A stretch of 63,476 nucleotides of DNA, the filler included, from Phoronis australis (taxonomy: Eukaryota; Animalia; Phoronida): NCBI GenBank assembly GCA_002633005.1. It is 8 parts of 8 records of this genome, joined end to end, with 100 filler letters (N's around TTAATTAATTAA, not from the genome) between each part and the next. Parts side by side here need not be neighbours in the genome. Positions count along the whole stretch, not along the records: positions 6,972 to 13,216 come from NMRA01002192.1; positions 13,317 to 16,321 come from NMRA01003282.1; positions 16,422 to 42,592 come from NMRA01001336.1; 5 more parts are not named here. The stretch is one strand, 5' to 3'. Of this stretch, positions 11,573-24,883 are shown in pieces (positions within the stretch are counted from its first letter, which is position 1; each line of letters begins with the position of its first letter). The notes beneath the pieces are model-generated. The model saw only the letters and a list, made by a program, of their open reading frames with translations, made no database searches and was not told where the DNA came from. The position numbers and the translations under genes were made by a program.

Positions 11573-14500
11573 CTGCAATGCAAACAGTTATGGGTTTAAG
11601 GAAATTTTCCAAGGACAGGGCGAGCATGCACTGCACCTTGAAATTTCTTGATAAAGTTATGGTCATTGTGACAGAACCTGTGCAGCCAAAGTGCAATTTA
11701 AAAGTTGGATATAATGACATGGTCCCACATTTTGAAAGGTAACGAGAACCTGAATGAGAGTGTTATTTAGAGGAAGAAATTATTGTTCGGTAATGGTAGC
11801 GATTTGGTGAAAACTGGATCCTGACAGCCATTTTGAAGAAGGGCCCGTATACTCGGCTTTTGCCCTATTATCCAAAGATAACAAGGAGGTACAGTGTATT
11901 GAACAATTGAATCGTGTTACAAAAAGCCTAATATATTATTTTAATCACTTTAAATGTTCCATTGTACAAGCCCTATGTTAACTATAAGCAAGTTGATTAC
12001 ATTGAGCTTTAATTAAACGAACACTTTAAAAGACCGATAGACACAAGAGTGTTATAATGCGATGCCACAATTTGTACATACAATAGCATACTTAACACAC
12101 TGTATCCACTTTTCAGTAAATAACCACAAACATTTTAATCTGCTTTAAAATCACTGACGGTAAACTGAGTTTGAGAGATTGTAAAAAATAGCTGTTGAAG
12201 CAAATGCAACGCAAGTCTGCCAATGAAGTTGGCAAAACTGTGCCTGTGCAGGGCTCAACACTAACGGCTGCCCGATTGCCCGTGTACATGTAGATTTTGC
12301 GTCGGGCAAGTGGAATTTGAAAAGTACTTGCCCGATGGGCAAGTTAATAAGCTAGCTGCATAGGCAAGTAGATCCAAAGATTGTCTGCTCGACATTTGCT
12401 CCAAAGTAACGAACCACGACACAAGCCTAAAAACCGTCGAAAAAGCCCCTGTGGCCGTCAAAGAAACTTCCGTCTTCGAATGAGCACCGAGAGGAAAATA
12501 GAACGAGTGTGATGCAACATGCACAGATGACGCCCGCCGTCAAATCCTTTCGATTCTCTGAACGTGCCTGCAGTTTCTGAATAAGTTGTCACGTGATACT
12601 ACTGATCGTCTGCACTCTGGCAAAACGTCTAAACATGGAAGCCGTCCAGGCCTGGACGGCATTGGTTTAGTTGCTAAAAAACGAGTTCAGGATGAATCAA
12701 AGCAATAACATGAAACGAAAAGTGCGGGGATGGGTTCCCTCATGGGAAATTAGGTTTTCTGGCCTGCGAGACAGTGAACAAGGGATGACGTTTGATTTTT
12801 GCCGGCGTTTACCTATGTTCAGCTGGAAGCACCGCGTTCGTCAGCGGATGTAAGTCATGCAGATAAGCGTAAAAGCTAAAAAGTGAATGATTGACGACAT
12901 ATTTTCTACACTACAAAGCAGTTTAAAAGGCCTGGTATTTATTCAGGGGGAATTCCAAAGGACATTATGAATTCTCGGCTCCCGGTGGCGACTCCCGAAA
13001 GAAGAGGAATACGGTCTTCGGGATTGCCGCTCTGAAGTCTGAAGGGTGACTTTTTCGCGGTCTATCTATTTTTCAAAAATGCAATTATTTATTGAAAATA
13101 AAAGTATATGTGGCATTATTATATGTTAAAATTTAATTTCAATTTAATACAAGCTACCGATGACCAAAACTGTGCAAGATTTTTACGGATAGCAAAAAAT
13201 GAAATTCAGGTTAGCANNNNNNNNNNNNNNNNNNNNNNNNNNNNNNNNNNNNNNNNNNNNTTAATTAATTAANNNNNNNNNNNNNNNNNNNNNNNNNNNN
13301 NNNNNNNNNNNNNNNNAGGGGGCCACCATCTTGATTGAAGAATGCATCTACCGGCTCGTCTTATTCCCAACAATAACATGTTCACAAGTACAAATAAACC
13401 GGATTCACTGGGCCTACGTGCAACACCTGTCTCAAAACTGCCCCAAGCCTGGCCTAGGCCTACTTCTAGCAATTTGGCCGCGGCTGCAGCCTTATCTGTT
13501 CAGGGACCAAGCTTGGTAATGGTGTCAAATACGGCACCCAACGTACTTCTGTTTTTCCCATAAATTACACCTTTTTGTGTAAATAAAGTTACTATCTTGG
13601 GTACCAATGCTTTCTAGGCAAATTCTATACTCCCCTTGCGATGTTATTTTTGCTTTAAAACAGCCAGTCTTGCACAAATACGAACGAATTTCCCGTACTA
13701 AATTCCCTCCCGTACTGACGCCATCTTTTGAAAATAAGAGAACGCACGTCGTGTAAATAACTACCAAATGACTACGAGATTGTTTACTCAGACTTATACT
13801 AAACCCACCGTGTAGGCTGGAGTATTACCCAGTTCGCTGAATAAGATGATTTAGTGGTCCCCACCAGCCACACGCTACATAGGATTAATTTAACTCCAAT
13901 TAAAACCTATGGTCGCATGGATAAATTTTATCCGCTTGGACCACGAAGTTGAACGTGGTCGTCGTGTATGAATTATTTCCGCGGGCCACGCTGCTGATGG
14001 AAGTGGTGGTCGTAAAGAACGAAAAATTGTCTCCCGCCCGAAGGCAAGCACTGCCGAAGTCATTTAAAGCGAGTGATCGTATGGTAAAAAAATATCCGTC
14101 GGGACCACGCCGTCGTTAGGAGAAAAAATGACCGCCCGACCACAAGCGATCTGAGACTCGAGAAAAATTGTGTCAGGTACGTGCATGTAGGGACTAAAAT
14201 TGACTGCCCCGACAACCCTCTCTAAAGCGTTTAAAGTGCGTGGTCGTATGGATCCGTCGGGACCACGCCTTCTTTAAAAGAAACGGTCATTTAAAAGCAA
14301 ATTGAAACCGTTCAAATTCAAGGAGCCACCCCTACGTTGGCCATAATTTGAGGGGTGGCTGTTTTAATAAGGTATAGGTGTCATTTTGAAGTGTAGTAAA
14401 CGGTCAGTTTTGCAAGTATCTACCTGTGGATGAAAACCAGACCACTTCCGCTACGATGGTCTTATAAAACGAGTCCTAGAAAACGCTAGGCTGCTTGTAT

Positions 14501-17337
14501 AGTCATTCATTTGAAATGCAATTACCACTTTATCATGTTGAATAAGAATCATGGTGTGATTGTTGTTACTTATAAAATTAAAAATCTAACGAAGAATTGT
14601 GTGTTTCAGTACTTGTTATAAAATGCATCTCTTGTCGGTGCACACAGAACACAAGCATTTCAATATGTAATATTGTATGTAATTTGTGTTTTGCCTATGG
14701 AAAAGTTGGTCGTTGCCTTCATGTGGAAATGTTGTAAAACGAAATGTGTAATAACCAATTTAAAATATGAAATGCTCAGTTAGGTAAAGAATATATCGAT
14801 TATCGCCCATTTACGTAGAAAGTGTGGTGTGTATAGGTATAGTAAGTCTAAATTCACACTAGCTGGCAAGTGCGGCAAGCTTGCCGCGTGGTCCGCGAGA
14901 TAAACACCTGTCGTATTAGGTGGCCTCTACCGACTACCAGCCCTGCGTGGCGAGGTCCTCTGCCATCATCCGAGCGGTAGGCCTAAAGCGCAACATGTTG
15001 TAGGGGGAAGACCTGCATCCAGCACCAGGTCGNGCGCAACATGTTGTAGGGGGAAGACCTGCATCCAGCACCAGGTCGGGAAGGAACTAAAACAAATAGG
15101 TCCCAAAGGGCATAGTGCCACGAATCTATTACCTGTCTCGGACTCGGTGACGGATTTAGTGCCAGAAGGGACCAAGAGATCATGCCCCCCATAAACTCTT
15201 CCTCATTCCATTTCGCAGTTCAAGGGTGCGAATGTCTGACTGGCAAAATCCTGACTAATACTCTTCCCTGGCCCCCCTAACTAAAACTCGTGGATCCGCT
15301 CTGGCTCAGGTGTAATTTTTGTTCTTTTAAATTCAAAAAGTAAAACGATGCATCGGTTCATAGATGCGGCTCTGCCTGGTGTAAGTATACCAAAAACAAC
15401 GCGCTTGTTATTAAAACGCTTTGTTTGGATTTCATGCTAATGCGAAATTGTCTGTATGTGTTACGAATGAGTACATACTGACATTTTTAAAAGAATATGA
15501 AGTAGGAAAATTGATAGGTACAATACATTCATCAAATTCATGTCAAGATCGCATCATTTCGTGAGCGCGACCTACTGAATAGTTGTGCCTCAACCTCACC
15601 CACCGGAATCTCGCACTATGCACGGCTGGGCCGAAACTGTATAGTAGTTAGGAGGACCTTTTCCGAACCCTCCCCCCCTGGCTACCGGCGCGTGTAATTA
15701 AGTAAACAGTAAATGCTATAACCGTTTATGACCAGAGTTTGCTTCATAAGTAACTATTTCTTTCGTGCCCAACTCAGGAGATAATTGTTAAAAATATCTG
15801 TCAATCTTACATCATGAAGGGGGCGCTTATTATAGCCCAAAAGTGGTTGAAACCCGGTCTCCGAAACAGGTGAAATCGTAAGATAGAATTCATCAACGTT
15901 GCGCACTGTGACGCATCTGTAACCTATGAACAGAGTTTCTACAAAACTGCAGTACATTGCTATCAAACTTTGTTGTCAACTTACGAGCATTTTTCAGAAA
16001 ATACCACTGCCAAAATTGTCGTGAATCAGGTTTCAAGATCCTCAGGTTGGTTTAACTATATATTAATAAACCATAAAAATGGTTCCAAGTGATCAGTGCA
16101 ATGCCTGCGCACGTCTAATAAATGTGTATCATGCAGCTCCTGATTTAAACAAAGGTCTGTTTTTTAATTTTCGGGTCCGGTATAAATAACGCCACAGACC
16201 TGGAAATCCAGCGAAACACTTCTACCTTACAAATCTGACAATCCGTAATATCAGAAAATTTGAGCACCCGGCAAAACATACTAATGATGAAATTCTGGTG
16301 ATGATAATTACCCACTTTGTTNNNNNNNNNNNNNNNNNNNNNNNNNNNNNNNNNNNNNNNNNNNNTTAATTAATTAANNNNNNNNNNNNNNNNNNNNNNN
16401 NNNNNNNNNNNNNNNNNNNNNACTTTCTTTCTCTCAGTCAAGACCAGACTTGCCACCAGTGAATACGGTTCAAAACTTCTAAAGCAAAAATATACAATGG
16501 ATTCTATCTTCAGAGGTCATTAAGTAAATGAGCCATCAGTTTTGATTGGATTGGCTAACCCTTCCAAAATTTGGTTGGCAAACCTTCCAAAATTTGGCAG
16601 CTTCGTGTCTTGCACTAATAGTATCTCAGTTCTTTTGGGTGGTGGAAACCAATGTGAATACTCCGTAATCACTAGGTGGTGCTAATAAACAATAAAAGGT
16701 CCCTCTTTTGACACCTTTAGAGCCAGCAGAAAGTACATCAGTACATCAGCATGGGGCAGTTCGTGTGATATGGGACCCACGTGATTTACCTGGATGCAGG
16801 CATTTCAACGAGAAGGTCCCTGGCGTTGTTTGCGACGCCCAATGAATTTTTTTAAATCGTTATTTAGCTCTAGCATGATAATTACATGTCACATAAAACA
16901 ATACAGTATACATCATTTACAAAGAATAACATTAAATCATTAGTCTGATGAATTTAAGAGTTCCCTATTGCTCTCATGACATAAAAAATTTTGAGTTTAA
17001 CACAGTAAATCATAGTTTGGTAAAATCTCAGGCCATGACATTGCACATAAGTGAAATCATTATATTCGTTGAAAAATATGCACCAACGAATTAAAGCTTT
17101 ACCATAGCTGCAATCAGTCAACAGAAATACTGGGAACATTCACAAACAAAGAGACAGGAGCATAACAGTCTTTGATTCACTTCTGAACTCTCCTGGATAA
17201 TCTTTGATTAAAATTCACCAATAACAACTAGAGACAAACTGCTTACATCCATAAATTAAAACATTAACTTTGTTCAGGTTTCACCAAACGGAAGTACAAC
17301 TAGTATCTCCTTTTATTCTAGAAAACCAAATACACAC

Positions 17338-20300
17338 CGTCACCGATGGCATTTCCCAAGACACCGTTCTCCATTCTAGCCAACTCCAGCAAAGAACGTC
17401 CATAGTAGAGGTAGGCTTCTCCGCACTCTGCAGCAGTCTCGCCATACTGGGCGGCTCTGGGGAAATATTGTAGGCACGTGGCAAAAAATGTCAGAAAATG
17501 GATTCATGTTTAATGGCAAAGCACAATTTGTCACATCTCAACATTTTCAAAATGCCACAGGGGTCAATTGTCATATTTTTTGGTGCTTTTTGCATACATG
17601 AGTCACATAAATTTGCTTGTCCTATATGCAAGACACAATATTTCTCAGAGATAACTATGAATTACATAATTTTAAAAAGAACCATAACTTGATGCAGCAT
17701 AAAATAACTGCACCCCCTCAAAAAAAGACAACCTTCTTGGCTCAGCAGATTACAATACAGATTCGCACAATTCTCAATATGTGACAGAATTTCAGGCAAG
17801 CAAGTTTTGTCAGAAGCCATAACCGCATTAAATAACAGTTGAATACGCGTTAAAAATCATTACATAAATATACTGAATAGAACATGTGGTATGAAGTTCA
17901 AAAGGTGTTTTAATCTAAATAATGCGTTTCCTAGGTGAATTCAACGCTCCCTTATATTGGGAATTATACAGTATGTTCAATGTTCTCCCCAACAAAAAAT
18001 TCAAAATTGGACAAAAGCTCAAAATTTCCTTAAGAAATAACTAATCTCCCATAAGCTAAAATTCAGTGCACACACTTTCCGATCTCTATGAGAGTAAGCT
18101 AAACCCATCAAGGCATAATTCAATCTAGTTACTGCTAGGAGTCAAAACAGGCTGCAGAGAACTCTTGACATTATAAGATTATTTCTTTACAATACGATAA
18201 CTACACACAAGACACGAGGAATCAAGAAAACCGCAGACACTTCTAAGAGCTTTTACTTACAGAAGCCGGCATGCCTCCTGAAGACTGTTCACAGCCGCTG
18301 GGATTTCATTACAAACTAGATGGCGCTTTCCAGTCGTTAGAAAACTCACAGCTTCTGCAGCCAAGTCGTGGCTGGAAGGACAAATAGAAACAACATCAAA
18401 CACAACTCACTGATTTCTTCCAAAAGTAAGACTTCTGTGCAAAAATGTCAAAAAAGTAGACATCAATTTGGAAAATTGAGCATGAAAATGAAATCTGAGG
18501 ATAATGTCTTTCAGATGCTGTAGTTTACAACCAAGGGAAGGATTATTACCAGGGCATGACAGGTTGCCGTTTGCAGCCTAGCCAAAATCACAGCCCGGAA
18601 TTGCGACACTAGCTCATACAGGGCCTTGACAACCGAAAAAAAACAACTGTGGGGGAGATTTTCCATGACCAAGAAAGTGTTTGGGCATTTTCAGGAGATG
18701 CAACTAGAGTTGGAATTCCAGTCGCACACACGCAACTATATCAGGTGGCAAGTATCTCCGCTTACATTTCCAAATTTCGAGTCGCAAATGTGACCTACAG
18801 CTCCTTAAGTTGAGTCGCGCCTTATCAATTATCTAAATTGCGAATTAAGAAACATGCTATTTAACCACTCGAAATGTAAATAACCTTTCTATATCACAAC
18901 AAAAAAAATTCCATAGCCAAATCAATCAAAACTTTGGCAAGTAATAAAACAAAATCGGTATTCGCCCGAGGCTGTGTATTTGCCTCATATGCTGCAAGCT
19001 CCGCCCCCTTGCGAAATGTCCACAAACAAACGATAAGTTTTAGCCGGCAACGTGTTGTCGGGTAAAATTGCGACTTGTAAACGAAGATGTGTTAAGAATG
19101 CTGTGTTCTTATTGGTCACTTAAGCAGTTACTCAAAATCCAGGCGACAGGTCAATTAAGCTACAAATGTTACGTAATGAGTATCGATGTGGCCAGAATTT
19201 TATTAATTTGTAACAGTACAGCAAAATTAACAAAGTATACCTCGAGTGACATCCTGGGTTGTTTTCATACAGTAAAAAATTGAAATGAACCCCAGGAATT
19301 TTGGAGGCAGGATCTAGAGTTTCGAAGTATAAGCAAACCACTTCTAAAATTGTCTAATAGCAATCAAATTTGACAAAGTTGGCCAACAGGGGTTTCTCTG
19401 TACAATAAGGTTCCTAAAACTAAGTGCGAGATGCAGTCAAAATCTAGATATGGGCAATTCCATTTGTGACTGTCATACAATAAGAACATTTTTATCAATT
19501 ATGAAAAAATGGTCATCTTAGGAAAATAATAATACATCAATTGATAGGTCTGACTAATAGCTTTCAAAGCATGTATCAACTTTTCACCCATCTTTTAATC
19601 TGACTGAGAAAATTGCCTTTAAAGGGGTGTGACGGACGTACGAAGAGAATTTTTTAAAAAAATTTTAAACGTTTTCTGTGAGTTGCATTAAGTTACAATT
19701 TTAAGTTTTACATGACGATTTAATGGACTGTTTGCAAAGTACAAGACACTAATTTTGTGATGATATCTTCTAAGACATTTTTGTCAGACAGTTAAGTTAG
19801 TGTGATGGACGTACGCTCTGAATTTCTAGTATTAAATTGTTTGTTGTGACTAAGATATCAATTCAGAACTATTCAAACTTTTGCAGTATTTAAGCTATAT
19901 TGGTCTTCTGCTACTAATTAAATGGTTTTTAATTAAAATGTACCGATTGACCTTTTGCATGAAATCATCACAGGTAGGGCTATTCTAGGAATATACTCTA
20001 GGATTTTAACTTTTCAATACATTTGATTAAAGATATAAAACAATCACTTAAAATCTTCACTTCCTTTTGAAGAGGGTAAGCATTATCGGTAGGATTGAGA
20101 GTGATAATCATTTTGTATTTTACAGCTGTTAGTTATCAAGAAAATTTGTTTTTAAGCATTAAATACAACACGTAACTAATTCAAAACTAATAAGTAAATA
20201 TTGACAGTCAAAATATAAAATGTGAAATAAAGTTTAAAACCTTACTAATCATAGTCATAAAATGCATTTTAATTAATTGTTTCTTAAATTAGAACTCGCC

Positions 20301-22102
20301 CTTAGAGCTTGTACAAAATTATTCTCTGGTCCATGCTGTCGATGGTTCTGATGCCTGTCCATGTAAGTAATAACTGATGTTTTTAAAGTATTAGTAACAG
20401 TACTTCAGTATCTTCTTAATGTGAAGCACATGGTTTAGTTGACATCATCCACTTTTGGCATTAATATTTTGATTCAAATCACCCGTGCAGTCTTCCAGTG
20501 TGAAAACAAGACATTTTTTAACTAATTGCATTTAGGATTATGATTTAGTAATATGTAGAGCTAACTTATCATATGCTAGTTTCTATTTAGTGATTAAAAT
20601 GATTTAGGTTTTCATCCAGCTCTTTAACTCATGCCTTCTTTTCAAATTTAAAGAGAGGCTTTAAATAATGCCACATCACAGTACGCGCAAGTACAATTGT
20701 GAATGTTTTGATCCACGATGGCATCTTTTTTTCGAGTTTCAAAGAATATCCAGCAGATATTTATTCTCCTGGTTGCGTGTTCTCCAACAATTTCCTACAT
20801 CCTTTCTAAATGCCTGTTTAATCTCCTCCTCCTTCCTAAGGCTTGAAAATTGCTGGTATCAGCTTTTTCAACACAAAACACATAATATCAGGTCGGAGCA
20901 GAAATAACATGTTGATTCCAGTGCAATAGCAGGTTGACCTTTTAACGGAATTGCCCATATCTCTACCAATGCCTTCACTCACAACATGGTTGTAAATGCC
21001 AACAAAGTTTGTCATTTGATCGCTGAGGATTCTTGCATATATTCATTTACTCTATGTACGCAATCTTGTATTGGTTCACATTCAACATCGATCACTAGCA
21101 CCAAAGAACCATTGCTTACTGGTTCCTATTTCCTTACACAGCAGGATCACCAAAGCATCAGATGTGCTTGACCTTGGAACACGGCGTAACCTTGGCAACT
21201 TTATTCAAATAATCATGTTCACTTTGATAATAAATTGCAGTGCTTTAAAGTAAATCACAAGTTTATAAATGAGGTGAATTTCAACCAACGTTAATTGACT
21301 TTTTACAACTATTGGCACTTCTATTTTCCAAATGATAATTTATTTGTTGTTCAGGTATTCAGACCTCAGATTCCGAGACAAAAATTCTAGTAAATAAGAA
21401 ATGTGATCGTGGGGTCAATAATTATAAAAATTCTTTATACTGAACAACTCGTTTCACCACATTGTTACAATGAATATATAACTCCATGCCATGGTTACGC
21501 AAATGGGATCTTGAAATTAAGAACAATTAAAGTTCAGAATCAGACACAACAGATAGGCTACACAGACTTCACAATTCTCACATTCAGTCATGGTCTTATA
21601 GTATTTGGTCTTCACAATTTGGAGTCAAACAACGAATTTGACAAAAAGTTTCATAAAATGTTATCCTTCTTGCCTGACTCCGAGCACTCACATTGTTACA
21701 CTCAGTCATTGGCAGTGGCAAGTGGGGTAAACACTAAACAGTCCCTTAGACTAGTGTCAGTGAACAGAAACTAAGAATTGCCACATAACTTTTGTGAAAA
21801 GCATATAAAACTTCACAGCGCCAAAATCTCAATTATTGCATTTCCAATGGAAAACATTAAAGGGAATGAAACATAGCCTTTCAGAAACTTAGCTTGATGA
21901 ATTTTAACCAATACACATGTTCATTTCAAACAACACACCGAACACCGCAATTTTGCGGGAAATTTCCCTGGTGTGACAACGCTGAGTGCATGTCCACTTT
22001 AAGGTTGAAAAAAGCGTTAAACCGGACTAGAAAACAATTTATGGTTGCAAATTATCACCTGTCATTTTTGGGTGTGTCTGCAGAGCTGCTTTCAGTAGCC
22101 AT
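17338..22102 (-). CDS. NASP: NASP histone chaperone (TPR), first three coding exons, partial
   Basis: Exons 22102-22059 ([15 protein letters not shown]), 18371-18261 ([37 protein letters not shown]) and 17456-17338 ([39 protein letters not shown]). Phases are consistent, and [15 protein letters not shown] is the NASP signature. The gene runs off the scaffold end. Confidence 0.92.
19452..20956. mobile_element. 1.5-kb non-autonomous DNA transposon in NASP intron 1 (GGGCAATTCC ends, ATAT flanks)
   Basis: GGGCAATTCCATT at 19452 and AACGGAATTGCCC ending at 20956; ATAT at 19448-19451 and 20957-20960. A diverged inverted partial copy lies at ~45007-45861. Confidence 0.75.
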
Positions 22103-22163
22103 AACGCAAAATTAGACGACCTAACACCTTGAATTACCAGAACGTACTGAACAAAGCAACAGA

Positions 22164-22472
22164 TTTCCCGCGAAATCGAGTTGAATGAGCTGAGCGTGAC
22201 GTAACGACTGTGACCTCAAAACCAAAAAAGCATATGTTTAGATGAAGAAATACTTTTTAATTTGTAATTAATGATGATATATTTAAATTAACTGTAGTCA
22301 TAAATTGTTGTTTGAGTTATTTTTTTAAAAATAAAACAAACTATGAAACACGTTTGAGGCTATAATTTCCCGTGGAGTTTCGATGGGTTCCCCCAATATG
22401 TGACGTCATTTCTTTTCATTTCCGCCATTTTTGGAATCACGTTGTGGAAAGGTTGTCTTTCCACAGAAAAAG
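22164..22472. promoter_or_regulatory. Probable bidirectional promoter of NASP (-) and BTF3 (+), with a candidate BTF3 non-coding exon 1 at ~22410-22472
   Basis: Overlapping E2F-like site TTTCCCGCGAAA (22164-22175), CRE-like TGACGTAA (22197) and TGACGTCA (22401), YY1-like CCGCCATTTT (~22422), a pyrimidine-rich start, and donor AAG|GTAATT at 22473. The first coding exon of BTF3 is preceded by an acceptor, so an upstream exon is required. Confidence 0.55.
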
Positions 22473-22728
22473 GTAATTTTGAAGAGTTATTCTATTAAAT
22501 ATTTGTGTACTTTTAATAAGAGGTTATGACGACGTGCATACTACCGAATTAGGTTGTTTTTTTTGTGAAATGTCGTAAATAATATATCAAAAGCTCCTTC
22601 CCAATATTCTCGAATCAATGACTGAGATTGAGTGACCGATTGACCGGTGATTCTTTGTCAGCCAGTTGAAGCATTTTAGTTCATTTTTGTGTGTTTGATG
22701 TCTAGTTGAATCAAAAGGTCTGCTGGGA

Positions 22729-22920
22729 GGGCACTGATCGGATATAGCGGTCCCTGATTTTGAGAACCAGTTTCATTCAACTGAATGACAGTGACATAAT
22801 ACCCTGGAGAGTGTGGCCACTTAAATCAAACCAAGAAGAATGAAGAAGATAACAGGCTCGTTACTAATCAGTTATTGCCTGGTTCTCAAAATCAGGGACC
22901 CCTTTATCGGACCAGTGCTC
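22729..22920. mobile_element. Small MITE with ~42-bp imperfect TIRs
   Basis: GGGCACTGATCGGATATAGCGGTCCCTGATTTTGAGAACCAG versus CTGGTTCTCAAAATCAGGGACCCCTTTATCGGACCAGTGCTC; a degenerate relative lies at ~24341-24402. Confidence 0.7.
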
Positions 22921-23031
22921 GGTGGTAGTCAAGACGGCTCGAATTTTTTGATATGTTGCTGTGGTGTTCTAGTTTCATGTTAAACAGTTATGTAGCCCGT
23001 GCAGTGACCATTGTCTTTAGGTGGCTCAGTA

Positions 23032-23709
23032 CACAGGCGTCCTCAGCTTCTGATCGTCCCCAATACACTACATATAATACTACAAGGTATGACACTTCCG
23101 ACCAGAAATTCCACGGGTGCTTCACTTCAGCCGTCCATAGCAAACATAAAACTCAATAAATTTACACAAAACAGAGGTTCAACAAACCATGAAGAATTGT
23201 TCTTTCTCCCAATACCATTCACGGTGTCCTGTTCCGGCGACTTCGTAAGAAATTCGCAGTCAAAGAACAATAATGTTCACTAAAAACCCCCGCGCACGTC
23301 CATCGGTTGCCGCTCGAGGTCAAGGACGGTACGGAAATTGCCGGTGAGTTACGGAAGTACCGACATCGGTCGCGTAAAGTCACGATGTCGGTACTTCCGT
23401 AACTCACCGGCAATTTCCGTACCGTCCTTGACCTCGAGCGGCAACCGATGGACGTGCACGGGGGTTTTTTGTGAACATTTTTGTTCTTTGACTGCGAATT
23501 TCTTACGAAGTCGCCAGAACAGGACACCGTGAATGGTATTGGGAGAAAGGACAATTCTTCATGGTTTGTTGAACCTCTGTTTTGTTGAGTTTTATGTTTG
23601 CTATGGACGGCTGAAGTGAAGCACCCGTGGAATTTCTGGTCAGAAGTGTCATACCTTGTAGTATTATATGTAGTGTATTGGGGACGATCAGATGCTGAGG
23701 ACGCCTGTG
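23032..23709. mobile_element. Foldback (almost fully palindromic) DNA transposon with 8-bp TSD
   Basis: Arms 23032-23368 and 23383-23709 are near-perfect reverse complements (one 10-nt indel, a few SNPs) around a 14-nt loop. Termini CACAGGCG...CGCCTGTG; TSD GCTCAGTA at 23024-23031 and 23710-23717. Confidence 0.9.
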
Positions 23710-24883
23710 GCTCAGTAGAGATGGTGTAGCTCCTATAAGAGCTTCACACACTGGAAGCTTCCCGGTGAATTATGCCTTACACCGACTAAAACATAAAAGT
23801 TGTGTTGTTATGAATACCTATTGCACTTAGAGGGCCACCTTAGCCTTAGGAGGCTGTCTTTATTTCCTTCCAACAAGTACTTCCGTTATCAAACTTTGTG
23901 TGAGCAGTCCCTCCTTCAGTTCCACAAATCAGTAACTTGTCGTTTTTACAGTGCGCAGCACACATCGGGATGTGATGTCATACCAGCTGCCACGCGCAGT
24001 ATTGAAAATGAACGGTTACCATTTTGGGAATTGAACGAGGGACTGCTCGAAGAAAAGCACTGTATTTACAGACATTCTTCACAAGGTTGTTAAATCGTGG
24101 CAAAAAAAAATTGGCCCAAACATCACAATTAAAATCGTACTTATGCTATTTGTAAGGACTGAATGAAGCAATATACAGTACCAGCTCCTGACCAAATCGG
24201 AAAATGTCATTTAATGAAAGAAGTCGGCAGTATATGCAAAAATGTCACCTTTTTCCATGTTGTCAGGACAGTTCGAAAAAAGGCTTAATAGGAGTGCTGT
24301 GCTTGAACTTTTAATTCTGCTTGATAATAATCAGATAGGTGGGCACTGATTTGAAATAATGCCTAATATTCAGCAGGAGTAACTGGTTCTCAAATCAGGG
24401 CCACATCTAACCGACTATTACCTTCTGCTTAATCACCTGTATGCGTGAATTTGAAATACACTAAACTTTTAAAGTTCACTCGAATAACCATGTTCGCATT
24501 GGAAGAATTGCCCTGCACTAAAGCATATCACATGTAAATAAAATGATGTAAATTGTAAACTACCGTTGTTGTTTTTTCAACTATTGGTGGTCTCATTCAC
24601 CAAACAGGTATTGTTTATTCACATATTCCGCCGATTCTGTAACACAAGTTCTGGCAAAGGAAAAAGTGGGGCCAAGAATTAGAAAAATTCTTTACGATGA
24701 GCAAAAATGTAAAGCCGATTGCTCTCACACACGCAATCTTGAGATTAAGCGGAATTCCATATTTATGCTCAGCAGAAAGACTAATGGATTGCAGGTGCAT
24801 TTGTTCGAGCTAGACATGTTTGGAGGCAATTGGAGTCTTAATATCATTCCATCTACACTCTAACGATACAAATGTCATATATG

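Noticed and set aside
13905-14270. CRISPR-like repeat array
   Set aside because: Units are degenerate and irregularly spaced, the context is eukaryotic, and there are no cas genes.
23011-23751. Mirror-image ORFs on both strands (PIPFTVSCSGDFVRNSQSK...)
   Set aside because: By-products of the palindromic foldback element; no recognisable protein.
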